The translations under genes were made by a program, and so were the position numbers. The notes beneath the pieces were generated by a model. The model made no database searches. It saw only the letters and a program-made list of their open reading frames with translations, and was not told where the DNA came from. From Heteronotia binoei (Eukaryota), in contig NC_083240.1 in assembly GCF_032191835.1 (NCBI RefSeq), positions 43,710,001-43,774,000 on the forward strand: a stretch of DNA of 64,000 nt, read 5' to 3'. Of this stretch, positions 46,196 to 57,598 are shown one piece after another (position 1 is the stretch's first letter; every line of letters starts with the position of its first letter).

Positions 46196-48767
46196 TTAAA
46201 GACTCACGGTCCTTAGGGGTTTTGAATGGTCTCTCAGTCAAGCATTGCTCAAGTTTACATCTAGATTGGATCCAAACCATGAGATTGGATCCATAATTGT
46301 GTTCATGCTAATGTAATTGTGTTCATGCTAATGTAAGGTCTTCCTTCATGGGACAAGTATCTTTTGGTCTAGTTCTATGGTCTTCCTCCACCCCGATGTC
46401 TGAGCAGGTTCCAGATGTCAAGTACACAAAGACTTGCAGTTCAACATATAGGGTTTTACTGCTTCAGAAATGGGGTTAATTTAGCATGATTTTAGAAGAT
46501 TTCTGCTTTGAACAGGATGAAGGAATGCAACTTTGCATTATTTACTTGTTAGTTGTGCCTAATATGAAAAGTGGAGTCCTTAAAATTATAGGTGGATCGT
46601 GACTCCATGATATAAAATATTGAAAATTTGACCTTCCGTGTAGAAATATATTGCTGTTTTTAGTACCTAAGCAAGGCTGTTAATGATAGCATCTTTTGGA
46701 GGTCATTAATTCATAGAGTCACCATAAGGCAGAAGCAACTTGGGAGAGCACATAACATATTTAGTGCCATTTTACAGTTTTGCTTTTAGCCTGTCTGAAA
46801 TCTCCCCCATCCCAGGCTAGTAATGCAACTCCATTTCCTAAAAATGCTTATCCTGTCTTCCAAAGTTCTTTATCAGAAAGTTACTTTCAGTTCAAACTGG
46901 CAGCTGTCTGTCAGTATTCTTTTACTTGGTATCAGGTATGAGAATTTTGGAACAAGTTTCTTCTCCCTCAGTTTCCTCTTTCCCTTCCATGAAAGCCCTC
47001 ACAGCCTCCCCCTCTTCTCTGCTTCCTTCTCTCCTTTCCGTCAACCAACCAACCAACCTACCTTTATCTGCCCCTTGTCTCTGTCGGCAAAGGGTTCGTT
47101 GAAGTTTCGGAAATGAATAGACTTGGTTCTTTTCAAAACTAAGTTTCCATTTATTGATTACAACAATGCTACTCTCTACACGGGTGCATTGAAACTGATA
47201 ACGCATAAGGCAAAGGCATCGGCATTTATGGGCATACATCAAAGCATTGGGGGTTTAAATCACTTCTCATAATAAAACCACAGTCTGTCTGTTGAAAGTA
47301 ACCATTTCACACGCTCCTTATCTCCAGCATAAGCAGGCTGTCTCTTCCCCCCTGATGGTGTCCTTGCTCGGCTCCAGCAGGCGCCTGAGAAGCGGCTGAA
47401 TGTTTTGCACTTCAAAGACCTTGCTGCCCTTTAGCACCTCAATCACCCTCCTTCCTTCCCCCCTACCTTCTACAATGGCACTGGTATTAGTAAGGCAAAG
47501 ATTTACAGGGTTAGTTGGCAGTAAATAAACATTTCAAAATAACAGAGTTTGCTTCAATGAACACAAGCTGACAGTCTCCCCTCCCCCCCCCCCCCCGATT
47601 TTTAAATTAATTATTTACCTATTGAGGAACAATAGGTAACATCAACAGAAAATAAATTTGTAACCAAACGTAATTCTTCCTTAACATTAGGTTTTCAAAA
47701 ATGGTTACATTGTACAGATCCATCTATGTACCTACAGAGGTAGGGCACGAGCAAATTCCCTATTTTAAATTCGCCTATCAAATTATAAGGCCTCTCCTGG
47801 AGTATTGTCAGAACCTAATTTGTAAGGTTCTCCTCACTGGATGCTCATTCATTTAGCAGAGCTTGCCACACCATGCGTGTTTTGAGGATAAAATGGGGCA
47901 ACTCCCTTGGGAGGAAACTTGAAGAGAGGAACGTAATGGAGGGGAGGAATGCTGCAAATGTGGAATGCTGAGGACTCTGCATATGCTCAGAGTAGGTTTG
48001 GCAACCTCCAGGTGAGGACTGGCCTTCTCCAGGAATTACAGCTGAGCTCCAGACTAGAGATAAATTCCAGGAAATTGAGAAAATGGAAGCTTCGGAGAAC
48101 AGGATCTACTCTATCGTGTGTCATTTTACTGATCTTTCCAACGTTCCCAGGCACCATCCTAGTTAAATCTCCAGGTATTTCCTAAGTCCACCCTGGCAAC
48201 TATAACTTACAAGATGGGCTGCTTTGACTCTCTCACTCATTGAGAGACAGAAATAAACGATAATAAATTAATCCATATTAAAATATACTCCCTACCGGGG
48301 AGGAATTCTAGCAGGAATTCCTTTGCATATTAGGCCACACACTCCTGATGTAGCCAATCCTCCAAGAGCTTACAAGGCTCTTTTTTGTAAGCTCTTGGGG
48401 GATTGGTTACAACAGGGGGTGTGGCCTAATATGCAAAGGAGCTCCTAGAATTCCACCCCTGCCTACCCCCGTTAAGTCCATTCCATAAACCAGGCGCCAG
48501 CCATCAAGTTTTCTCAGCAAAAGGAAGGGACTGCCACTCTCCCTAAACGGCTAAGGCTGTTCCCATTGGCTCCAACGTGAAGAGGCTCCCGCTCATTCTG
48601 ATTGGGCGACTAACCTTTCTTGCAGAAAGGAGAGACAAAAGCTCCCACCTTTGGGATTTCCGCTTTTTTCCCCACCCGGAGCGTCTGCCTCCTCTATCTC
48701 TATTCGCTCAAGAGCCCGGCCTGTTGTTTATCTATTGGGTATAATATATCTCGAGCACCCTCAGGAC

Positions 48768-49588
48768 TAGGCTTCCCAATCCCCAGGTCCCAGCGGGGGA
48801 TCCCCTGGTTTTACAGGCTTCCCCCCTCCCCCAGCCAGCTGGCCGAAGGGGGAAGCTCCACCCCCACAGCCATCATGCACCACCATGAACGATTCCCATA
48901 GGGAATGATGGGGAATTGATCCGCGGGTGTCAGGGGCTCTGGGGGGGCTGTTTTTTGAGGTAGAGGTGCCAAATTTTCTGTATAGCATCTAGTACCTCTC
49001 CCCAAAATACCTGCCAAGTTTCAAAAAGATTGGACCAGGGGGTCCAATTCTATGAGCCCCAAAAGAAGGTGCCCCTATCCTTCATGATTTCCAATGGAGG
49101 GAAGGCATTTAAAAGGTGTGCTGTCCCTTTAAATGTGATGGCCAGAACTCCCTTGTTCATTTATGCTTGTCACAGCCTTGCTCCTGTCTCCACCCCCAAA
49201 GTCTCCTGGCTCCACCCCCAAAGTCCCTAGATATATATATATATTTTGACACAGAAAAGCTTTATTGGTATAAAGTTCAAGGTACAAAGGTGGTAGTACA
49301 TCAGCAGATGCATAGCATATACCAATATATAGTGAGAAAGTGGATACATACAATGTTAACCATTAAAAAACTAATTACAACAGTAGTTGGCATGACATTA
49401 ATATAGCATGGTGTGAGTCATTAGGGTTTCTGCTGTCTTTTGAGACTTTATCTAAGTCATAGGTGAGCTTATCCAAGACAAAATAATCCCATAGTTTCAG
49501 CCACCATGCCTGTCTCGAGGGAGGAGTTTGTTGCTTCCAAACCAGGGCAATTGCAAAGATATTTCTTAAATTGGACTTGGCAACCCTA
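48768..49588 (-). mobile_element. TAGGGTTGCCA-TIR hAT MITE with nested L1-type 3' fragment
   Basis: taggcttcccaa ... ttggcaacccta; interrupted at agatat. Confidence 0.85.
49228..49553 (-). mobile_element. L1-type LINE 3' fragment
   Basis: Minus frame IALVWKQQTPPSRQAWWLKLWDYFVLDKLTY, AATAAA on minus strand, agatat duplicated at both junctions. Confidence 0.7.
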
Positions 49589-49608
49589 TCGGGGCGCCAT
49601 CTTGAAAG

Positions 49609-50091
49609 TAGGGTTGCCAAGTCCAATTCAAGAAATATCTGGGGACTTTGGAGGTGGAGCCAGGAGACATTAGGGGTGGAGCCAAAATCAAGGCTTTGAC
49701 AAGCATAATTGAACTCCAAAGGGACGGCACACCTTTTCAATGCCTTTCTTCCATAGGAAATAATGAAGGATAGGGGCACCTTCTTTTGGGGCTCATAGAA
49801 GTGGTCCCCCTGGTCCAATCTTTTTGAAACTTGGGGGGTATTTTGGGGAGAGGCACTAGATGCTATACTGAAAATCTGGTGCCTCTACCCCAAAAAACAG
49901 CCCCCCCAGAGCCCCAGATACCCACAGATCAATTCTCCATGATTTTCTATGGGAATAAATCTCCAAAGGGAATAACAGAGTTCCCAGCAGACATTTCCCT
50001 CCCCTCCCCCCGCTTTCTGATGACCCTGAAGCGGGGGGAGGGCCTCCAAACCGGGGGATCCCCTGCCCCCACCTGGGGGTTGGCAACCCTA
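49609..50091 (+). mobile_element. TAGGGTTGCCA-TIR hAT MITE, intact
   Basis: Perfect TIRs; perfect TSD cttgaaag (49601-49608, 50092-50099). Confidence 0.95.
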
Positions 50092-50099
50092 CTTGAAAG

Positions 50100-50337
50100 C
50101 CTCCCTTCAACTCTACGTTGAGCTGCTTTGAAAGCCCAGCCGGAGGAGAAGCGCGGGCGGAGGCCTCGGGGCCCCTTTCCACGGGCGAGCAAACGCAACG
50201 CGCCCCGCAGTGGGAGGCCCCGCGCCTCCCTCCCTCCGAAAGGGCGCCTGCCGCGCCGGGGAGCCCCGAAGAAGGGGCGGGGCGGGGCGGGGGAGGGGCG
50301 GGGCCTGGCCGGAGCCCACGTGACCGAGCGGGGCGCC
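50100..50337 (+). promoter_or_regulatory. ZNHIT3 CpG-island promoter
   Basis: Stacked GC boxes 50274-50303, E-box CACGTG ~50317, high CpG. Confidence 0.8.
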
Positions 50338-50420
50338 ATGCAGGCTAGCGGGCGGCGGTGCATCGTGTGCGCGGCGGGGGAGGCGGCCAAGTACCGGTGC
50401 CCGGGCTGCAGGGCCAGCTA
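50338..50420 (+). CDS. ZNHIT3: Zinc finger HIT domain protein 3, exon 1
   Basis: MQASGRRCIVCAAGEAAKYRCPGCRAS(Y); donor TA|GTGAGT. Confidence 0.94.
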
Positions 50421-50729
50421 GTGAGTCTCGGCGGGCGGCAGGATGGGCGGGGAGGCTGCAGAGCCGCGGGCTGGGCGCCCTGGGATTGCAGCTCGGCCGG
50501 GTTGATCCCCTCTGTGCAGGCTCAGAGGCGCCCTCGTTCTGGGCGCGCTTCCCGAGCGGGTGGTGCCTTGGGGCCGCCAGAGCCGGCTCTAGGCGAGGGA
50601 GAGGGGCGGGCGCGTCCCCGAAGATCCCCTCGGCAACCCTCCCGGGCCCTTTCCCTCTGGCCGCAGCCGGCTGAGCCCCCGCCGCTTGCTTCCTCTCTCC
50701 GGGGCGGCCAGGGCAGCAGCCGGCAATGA

Positions 50730-51015
50730 AGAAGAAGAAGAATTGCAGATTTATACCCCGCCCTTCTCTCTGAATCAGACTCAGAGCGGCTTACAATCTC
50801 CTATATCTTCTCCCCCCACAACAGACACCCTGTGAGGTGGGTGGGGCTGAGAGGGCTCTCACAGCAGCTGCTCTTTTAAGGACAACTCCTGCGAGAGCTG
50901 TGGCTAACCCAAGGCCATTCCAGCAGGTGCAGGTGGAGGAGTGGGGAATCAAACCCGGTTCTCCCAGATAAGAGTCCGCACACTTAACCACTACACCAAA
51001 CTGGCACCAAACTGA
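50730..51015 (-). mobile_element. Young-looking Squam3-like SINE with (GAA)n tail
   Basis: Near-consensus, CpGs retained. Confidence 0.9.
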
Positions 51016-51114
51016 AGGCAGGAGGGAGGGGGCCGGGGCGGACTGGCCAGGGGGTCAGCTTGCCCAGTGGCTCCCCTTTGAACTTTACGAAGGTGGGACC
51101 AGAACCAAGGGGTT

Positions 51115-51353
51115 GAAATGAAATCAAAAGTTTCCAGCTCAACATTAGGAAGAACTTCCTGACCGTTAGAGCGATTCCTCGGTGGAACAGGCTTCCTCGG
51201 GAGGTGGTGGGCTCTCCTTCCTTGGGGCTAGATGGCCATCTGAGAGCAATGAGGATCCTGTGAATTTAGGGGCAGGGATTTGTGACTTTCCTGCATTGTG
51301 CAGGGGGTTGGACTAGATGACCTTGGAGGTCCCTTCCAACTCTAGGATTCTAT
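51115..51353 (+). mobile_element. CR1 LINE 3' end (second subfamily)
   Basis: aacattaggaagaacttcctgaccgttagagcg ... ggtcccttccaactctaggattctat. Confidence 0.8.
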
Positions 51354-51354
51354 T

Positions 51355-51645
51355 GAAGGAAAGGTCCCCTGTGCAAGCACCAGTCGTTTCCGACTCTGGG
51401 GTGACGTTGCTTTCACAACGTTTTCATGGCAGACTTTTGACGGGGTGGTTTGCCATTGCCTTCCCCAATCATCTATGCGTCCCCTCCCCCAGCAAGCTGG
51501 GGACTTATTTGACCCACCTCGGAACGAGGGAAGGCTGAGTCAGCCTCGAGCCAGCGACCTGAAAACCCAGCTTCCGCCGGGGATCGAACTCAGGTCATGA
51601 GCAGAGCTTAATACTGCAGCTTTAACAATCTGCACCATGGGGCCC
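51355..51645 (-). mobile_element. Sauria-type SINE
   Basis: aaggtcccctgtgcaagcaccagtcgtttccgactctgggg ... Confidence 0.85.
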
Positions 51646-52911
51646 TTTGAATTTTAGACGATATGTTAAAAATGTTAATGGCCTTTTAGTAGCTTGAAAC
51701 TAGAATAGACATTCCAATATCACTACTGCAAAGCAACTAAACTTTATGTGGCATTTAGGCTTGCCAGCCTCCAGGTGGGACCTGGGGATCTCTGGCTTTT
51801 ACAACTGATCTCCAGCTGGCAGAGAGCAGCTCCCCTGGAGAAAATGCCATCTGTATTTACATTTAGGATCTACTGTATGCTGCCAGTAACGTGTACAATA
51901 TATGTACACTGTCATTACTAAATATATATATACATTTATTTCAGAACTGTTTTAAGTGTACCCACTTCCCACTTACGTATGTTTTAAAAATCTTATTTAT
52001 TTCTTATAAAAATTAAATGATAGTCTTAGAGTTGTGAGTGAGCCCCCGATGTCTCTTGGCAACCAGTATTTTTAGACCCAGTCTGCCACTGGAGGGGATG
52101 CGGTTTTCAGTCTTAGGAGCTCAGCCCTGGTCCTGTGAAGCAGCAGTACATGCACAGAGTGGACATATGCGAATCTGCCTTCTGCAGAGTGGGACCAGCT
52201 CTCATTCCCTGAGATCTTTAACTGGAGCTGCCGGGGCCTTTTGCACTTAAAGCAGATGCTCTGCCACTAAGCTAACTCCGACCTGCCAGAAATTTGGGGT
52301 CATACAGTGACCTTTGTGAGATAAATCCAAGAGGGAGATCTGTGTGTGTTCAAACCTGGCACCCCTTTCTCTGTAAATCTACTTGAGGCAAGATTTGCTC
52401 CCTCCCTGAAACATTATGCACTTTAGGCATCTTTATCACTCCCCTCTTCTGGCTTGAAAATCTCTGGACTTGTTTTTCATCTTGTACAGCCTCAATATGC
52501 TAGGAATGCTATTTCTCATCCTGTGCATCTGATATAATTAAATGGAACTTCAGTTTCAGAGACGGTTCTGCTACTGAATTCTAGTTGCCGAAGAGCAAAT
52601 GGGATGGGAAGTTTGATTGCCTTTCTGACTTGCTGCCATCTGAACAAGATGGGCTATTGAACTGGTTCAACAAGGCAGTTCTTTGACATGGTAATAAAGA
52701 GTGTAACTTCTATGTTCAAAGAGAGCCTGCCTCTAAATACCGGCTTGTGTGTGGGGGGGTTGTGGACTGGGACGTGATAAGAGGACTATAACTTTCATGC
52801 CATTCTGGCCGCTTTGGGAAATGGGATGCTGGACCAGTGATCAGATCCATACGCCTGTATCTTAGGTTCTGATCTGCGTTTCATGGTTTGAATTATTTTC
52901 TTCTGTTGCAG

Positions 52912-52943
52912 TTGTTCGGTGCCTTGCTACAGGAAGCACAAAG
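52912..52943 (+). CDS. ZNHIT3: ZNHIT3 exon 2 (32 nt)
   Basis: ttgcAG acceptor; (Y)CSVPCYRKHK completes the HIT finger; donor G|GTAGGC. Confidence 0.93.
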
Positions 52944-53864
52944 GTAGGCTGATTTTTTTACCTCCTTCATTTCCTATTCTTTGATGTCAGCTTCTGGGAA
53001 AAATTTGAACAGGGACATTTTCTCTAGCAAATTATCTGATTTCCTGAACATGTGATGTGGCATATTTACATGACTGACATTTAATAAACAAGCCTAAAAA
53101 ATGCCACATATTTTTACTTCTCAGTAGCAGCAAATACTTGAACTGATATACTTAGTTAGGAAAAAATATAGTGTGATTTAATTTATTTTCAATCCGTTTC
53201 AAAGCTTTATGCAGAAATAGTTTTAAATGGCAATAATGCTTGTGAAGACACCAAGGCAGTTCATCACGGACTGCTCTTATGTTATTCTATAACATTATTC
53301 GGGGGAAAAGTGAAGGCGTTGAAAACTGTTGATGCATTAGTGTAGACTAGATTTTTTTATTTGTCTTGAATCTCCTTTGGATTGTTGATTGAATTAAATA
53401 CTTAATTATTTTTATTTATTATTGTAAGGCATATAAATGTTTTAATAGTTAAAAATGTTTTTAACTTTGTGTATATAGCTTTACTCCATGCCCCACCATA
53501 CCATTTACAGATCAGTAAAATACACTCTCATTAAACACATCAGACTCCATCAGACTGCCTTAGACTGAATTGTTCTATCAAAGTCCGTTTTGTCTACTCA
53601 GACTGGCAGCGGCTCTCCGGATGGAGGTCTTTCACCTCACTTAACTGCCATTTTTTTTAAACTGGGGATTGAACCTGGGACCTTCTGCATGCCAAACAGC
53701 CCCCTTCTCTCATAGTTCCTGGGGAGGATTTATTGCAAAACATTAACTATAAATTCAAAACGGCCAAATTTGCCTAGTATTTTATTGGTCGTGGGGGCAT
53801 CCATTTCATCATGACTAATTTAACTAAAGAGTGGATCTTTAGAAATGGAAACATTTCTGTGGAA

Positions 53865-54105
53865 AAATAAAAGTCTCAGGGCAGCTCACAATCTTCTTTA
53901 CCTCCCCACCCCCCCACAGACACCCTGTGAGGAGGGTGGGGCCGAGAGAGCTCTTACAGCAGCTGCCCTTTCAAGGAAAACTCCTTCAAGAGCTATGGCT
54001 GACCCAAGGCCATTTCAGCAGCTGCAAGTGGAGGAGTGGGGAATCAAACCCAGTTCTCTCAGATAAGAGTCCGCACACTTAACTACTACCCCAAACTGGC
54101 TCTCA
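53865..54105 (-). mobile_element. Squam3-like SINE
   Basis: Inverted relative to 54405-54680 copy. Confidence 0.85.
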
Positions 54106-54404
54106 AAAGCACCAGAAAAAATTCTGAAAAAGTTTTTCACTCTGCATCTCTGTCCCTTTTGGAGTATGTCTTTGGGTCAGCTCAGAGTTTTGCTGCAGGA
54201 GCCCCACAGGGGGTAATGAAGGCCACGTCCTAAATTTTGGGCAGATGTGCAGTTTGGCCCATTTGCCAACTTGGTACAATGAGCTATTCTGTGGCACCAG
54301 CTGTCACCATGGGTGTTCTTTCCATAGAACTAAGTGGGGGACCAAGTAAGTATGTTTGGGGGAGTGTGGTGTGTAAGCAAATTGGGAGATATAACATCAA
54401 TTTG

Positions 54405-54680
54405 GAGCCAGTTTGGTGTAGTGGTTAAGCACGTGGGCTCTTATCTGGGAGAACTGGGTTTGATTCTCCATTCCTCCACTTGCACCTGCTGGAATGGCCT
54501 TGGGTCAGCCATAATTCTGGCAGAGGTTGTCCTTGAAAGGGCAGCTGCTGTGAGAGCCCTCAGCCCCACCCACCTCACAGGTTCTCTGTTGTGGGAGAAG
54601 ATAAAGGCGATTGTAAGCCACTCTGAGTCTCTGATTCAGAGAGAAGGGTGGGGTATAAATCTGCAATTCTTCTTTATCTT
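54405..54680 (+). mobile_element. Squam3-like SINE
   Basis: Full-length, ~115 bp before ZNHIT3 exon 3. Confidence 0.87.
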
Positions 54681-54795
54681 GTAAGTACCTTAACATGACC
54701 TGCCTTGAGCCCATTGGGAAGGGGTGATAAAAATGTGAAGTAATCAATGTATAGCTTGAATATCCCTGATTCAGAGTTGTTTGTCTTTTGACCAG

Positions 54796-54888
54796 AACAA
54801 TGCCTATCAAAAGCAGATCCCCTTCCACGGCCTGGGAGTACAGAGGTTTTGAGGGGTGTTCAGAGGGAGAAATCATTCGACGCTGAAG
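54796..54888 (+). CDS. ZNHIT3: ZNHIT3 exon 3
   Basis: ttttgaccAG acceptor; (E)QCLSKADPLPRPGSTEVLRGVQREKSFDAE; donor G|GTATTT; phases 1/1. Confidence 0.85.
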
Positions 54889-55069
54889 GTATTTACACCT
54901 TTTTGATCCTGCTTGCAGTAATGGAACCTTCCCCCACTTCCCCCTTTGACTGTGGCTGTTCGGGTCTTAGCAAAGGAAACCTGGGTTTGAATCCCCGTCT
55001 GCCATGGGTGACTGTGGGCCCATCATAGCATCTCAGCCTAACCTACCTCACAGGGTGGTTGTGAAGATA

Positions 55070-55447
55070 TTGCTGAGCATTCAGATTAGAACTGATAAAA
55101 GGAAGTCGTTCTTCACCCAAAGGGTGATTTAACACATGGAATTCAATGCCACAGGAGGAGGTGGCAGCTACAAGCATAGCCAGCTTCAAGAGGGGATTGG
55201 ATAAGCATATGGAGCAGAGGTCCATCAGTGGCTATTAGCCACAGCTTATTGTTGTAACTCTGTCTGGGGCAGTGATGCTCTGTATTCTGGGTGCTTGGGG
55301 GGGTACAGTGGGCAGGCTTCTAGCGTCCTGGCCCCGCTGGTGGACCTCCTGATGGCACTTCGGTTTTTTGGCCACTGTGTGACACGGAGTGTTGGATTGG
55401 ATGGGCCATTGGCCTGATCCAACATGGCTCTTCTCTTATGTTCTTAT
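55070..55447 (+). mobile_element. CR1 LINE 3' end
   Basis: Tail ctcttatgttcttat. Confidence 0.85.
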
Positions 55448-56022
55448 ACAGTGGAGGAGGAAGGAGTCATGTGATAAGATGCCTTGGCTCTGTGCAAGGC
55501 AGAGAAGAGGGATAGAATCGGTTTTTAAAAACCAAACGGTTAATTACATTTCACAGTAAGATTGCATGAAAAAGGGGGTTTATTTGCTGGTGAGTGGAGG
55601 GGGGAAAACTAGGTGAGCGGTTCCTTCTCCCCAAGAGAGGCTCAGTTCTAAGGCTGGCTATTTAGTCTAAACAGATTTGGTCACTTGATGGGTCAAATTT
55701 CTAAAAAAAACCAACAAATTAAGGCATTTGTGGTTGAAGTGTCACAGCCCTGAAGAGATGTTCTGCTATGGGACGAGGTTTGCCTCAGTGTTTTTAGTCC
55801 CACCTTTCCTCCGCGCATCTGATCGGTTCCCCTGGTTCTTCTCCCCCCTCATTTATCCTCACAACTGCCCTGTGAGGTGGGGTAGGCTGAGAGAGTGACT
55901 ACCCCAGGGGAGCTTCACTGTAGAGGGGGTTAGAATTGGGGTTACTGTTAAGCATTTTAAGGCCTCTGGTGTCATTTTCTCACCCTTTCCCCCCACTTTC
56001 ATTTTAAATGTCATTTCTGCAG

Positions 56023-56103
56023 CAAGTCCTTGGCCAGCGGGTGACATTTTGACAGACGATGAGGAGGAAGATAAGGTGCCTTTGCAGAACCTCCAGCGCC
56101 TAA
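56023..56103 (+). CDS. ZNHIT3: ZNHIT3 exon 4
   Basis: SPWPAGDILTDDEEEDKVPLQNLQRL; ctgcAG / A|GTAAG; phases 1/1. Confidence 0.92.
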
Positions 56104-56947
56104 GTAAGCTTTTCGGAGTCAAACCCTGTCGTTTTTTGCTGTGAATCCAAACAAAATTGAATTTTGAAATCATGCCCCCAGTTTCATTGGGGAAAACATT
56201 CGTCCTAAATATTCTATCGATAAATTCTCCAGTCCTCACTCCCACCCCCTCCAGGTTTGTGCACTTTATTGTGCTGGCACTGTTAAAAAATGGAATGCCA
56301 TGTGTGTTAGCATACCAGTTGCAGCTTCCTGCACTTGGATTTGTGGCAGAGGGCAGGCAGTTTTACCCCTTCCATTTGCAATTGCTTTCTGCTTTTGTCC
56401 CTGCGGGTCAGTTGTTTCCTAAGCTTTTTCTAGTTCACAACGGAGCTGGAAGAAAAGTTTAAAGCAGAGCAAAAGGGTGGGAAGCCCTGAGGAAAGGCTG
56501 CCCCTTGCACACATTTTGAGTTTTCCCTGCAAAGTCCCCACTCCAGTCTTTCGGAATATGTTTTGATGGAAATATGGTGTTCTTAAAGACTAGAAGACGT
56601 ATTGCAGGCACGGGACACAGTTCTGACTCAGTAGTACAGTGGAGGGTCCCAGGTTGACTCCTGAGCATCTTTGACTAAAGGACTCTTTTTCTTGCAGAGT
56701 TATAAGGGGAAATATGCAGCCTGCACCTTCAGGGAACCAAAACTGCAGCAGAGCAAAGGCCGGAATCACATCATTTAATAAAAACACCCGGAACTATCAA
56801 ATAAAATGCATAAACAGTGCTAATGCTGTAAATCTAAGAGTTTGCTGTTCTGGACTGCAGCTACCTCATATTGTGTTCCTGCTGCAATGTTAAGCTATCA
56901 CACTGCCCAACGTTTCTTACAGTCCAGCAGAAACGAAAGGCAGTGGC

Positions 56948-57141
56948 CGGTGTTCCCTGTAAGCTGAGTTAGCGAGAGCTAGCTCACAGATTTTAAGTCT
57001 TCAGCTCACACATTTTTGTCTTAGCTCAGGAAGGATGACCCCAGAGCACACTAATTTATGCAGGAGCTCACAACTTCAATTCCAGTAGCTCACAAAGCAG
57101 AACTTTTGCTCGCAAGACTCTGCAGCTTAGAGGGAACACTG
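56948..57141. mobile_element. hAT-type MITE, CAGTGTTCCCTCTAAGCTG family
   Basis: Perfect TSD gcagtggc. Confidence 0.9.
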
Positions 57142-57407
57142 GCAGTGGCTCGACCCAGACTAGTTTGTGACTGTGTAGCTTGTCCTCAAACAAGTCCCAA
57201 TTTCAGATGTTCTGACATCAGTTCACGGTAGAGCTGTGGTAGAAGCAATGTCCATCAACTGGAATTTGCAAGACTAGAAAGCCATTTAATGTATTCTGGG
57301 ACTTGTCACAGGCATTAAAAGACACAGGAAGCTCTGTCTGTCTGAGCCAAGGGCAGGTCAGCCTTGTCCTTTGGGGATCTGAACTCTTGCTGCTTCTTTC
57401 CCAACAG

Positions 57408-57598
57408 AGGACTCGGAAGAGCTGCAAGGCCTTCTCCTCAATCCCCACCTCCGGCAGCTGCTTCTGACTGTCGACCAGGCCACAGACAAGAGCTCCCTCA
57501 TGAGGAAGTGCATGCAAGAGCCGCTGTTTGTGGAGTTTGCCGACTGCTGCCTGCAGATCGTTGAGCCGCCTGAGAAGGAGAAGGAGCTTCTGGAATGA
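57408..57598 (+). CDS. ZNHIT3: ZNHIT3 exon 5 (last)
   Basis: (K)[37 protein letters not shown]; TGA; joined CDS 480 nt = 159 aa. Confidence 0.96.

Noticed and set aside
49596-49605. aagATGGCG as start of a divergent gene
   Set aside because: Frame closes within ~15 codons with or without the MITE
56698-56900. Extra ZNHIT3 exon after cttgcAG
   Set aside because: Exons 4 and 5 already join in phase to give a normal-length protein; no convincing donor
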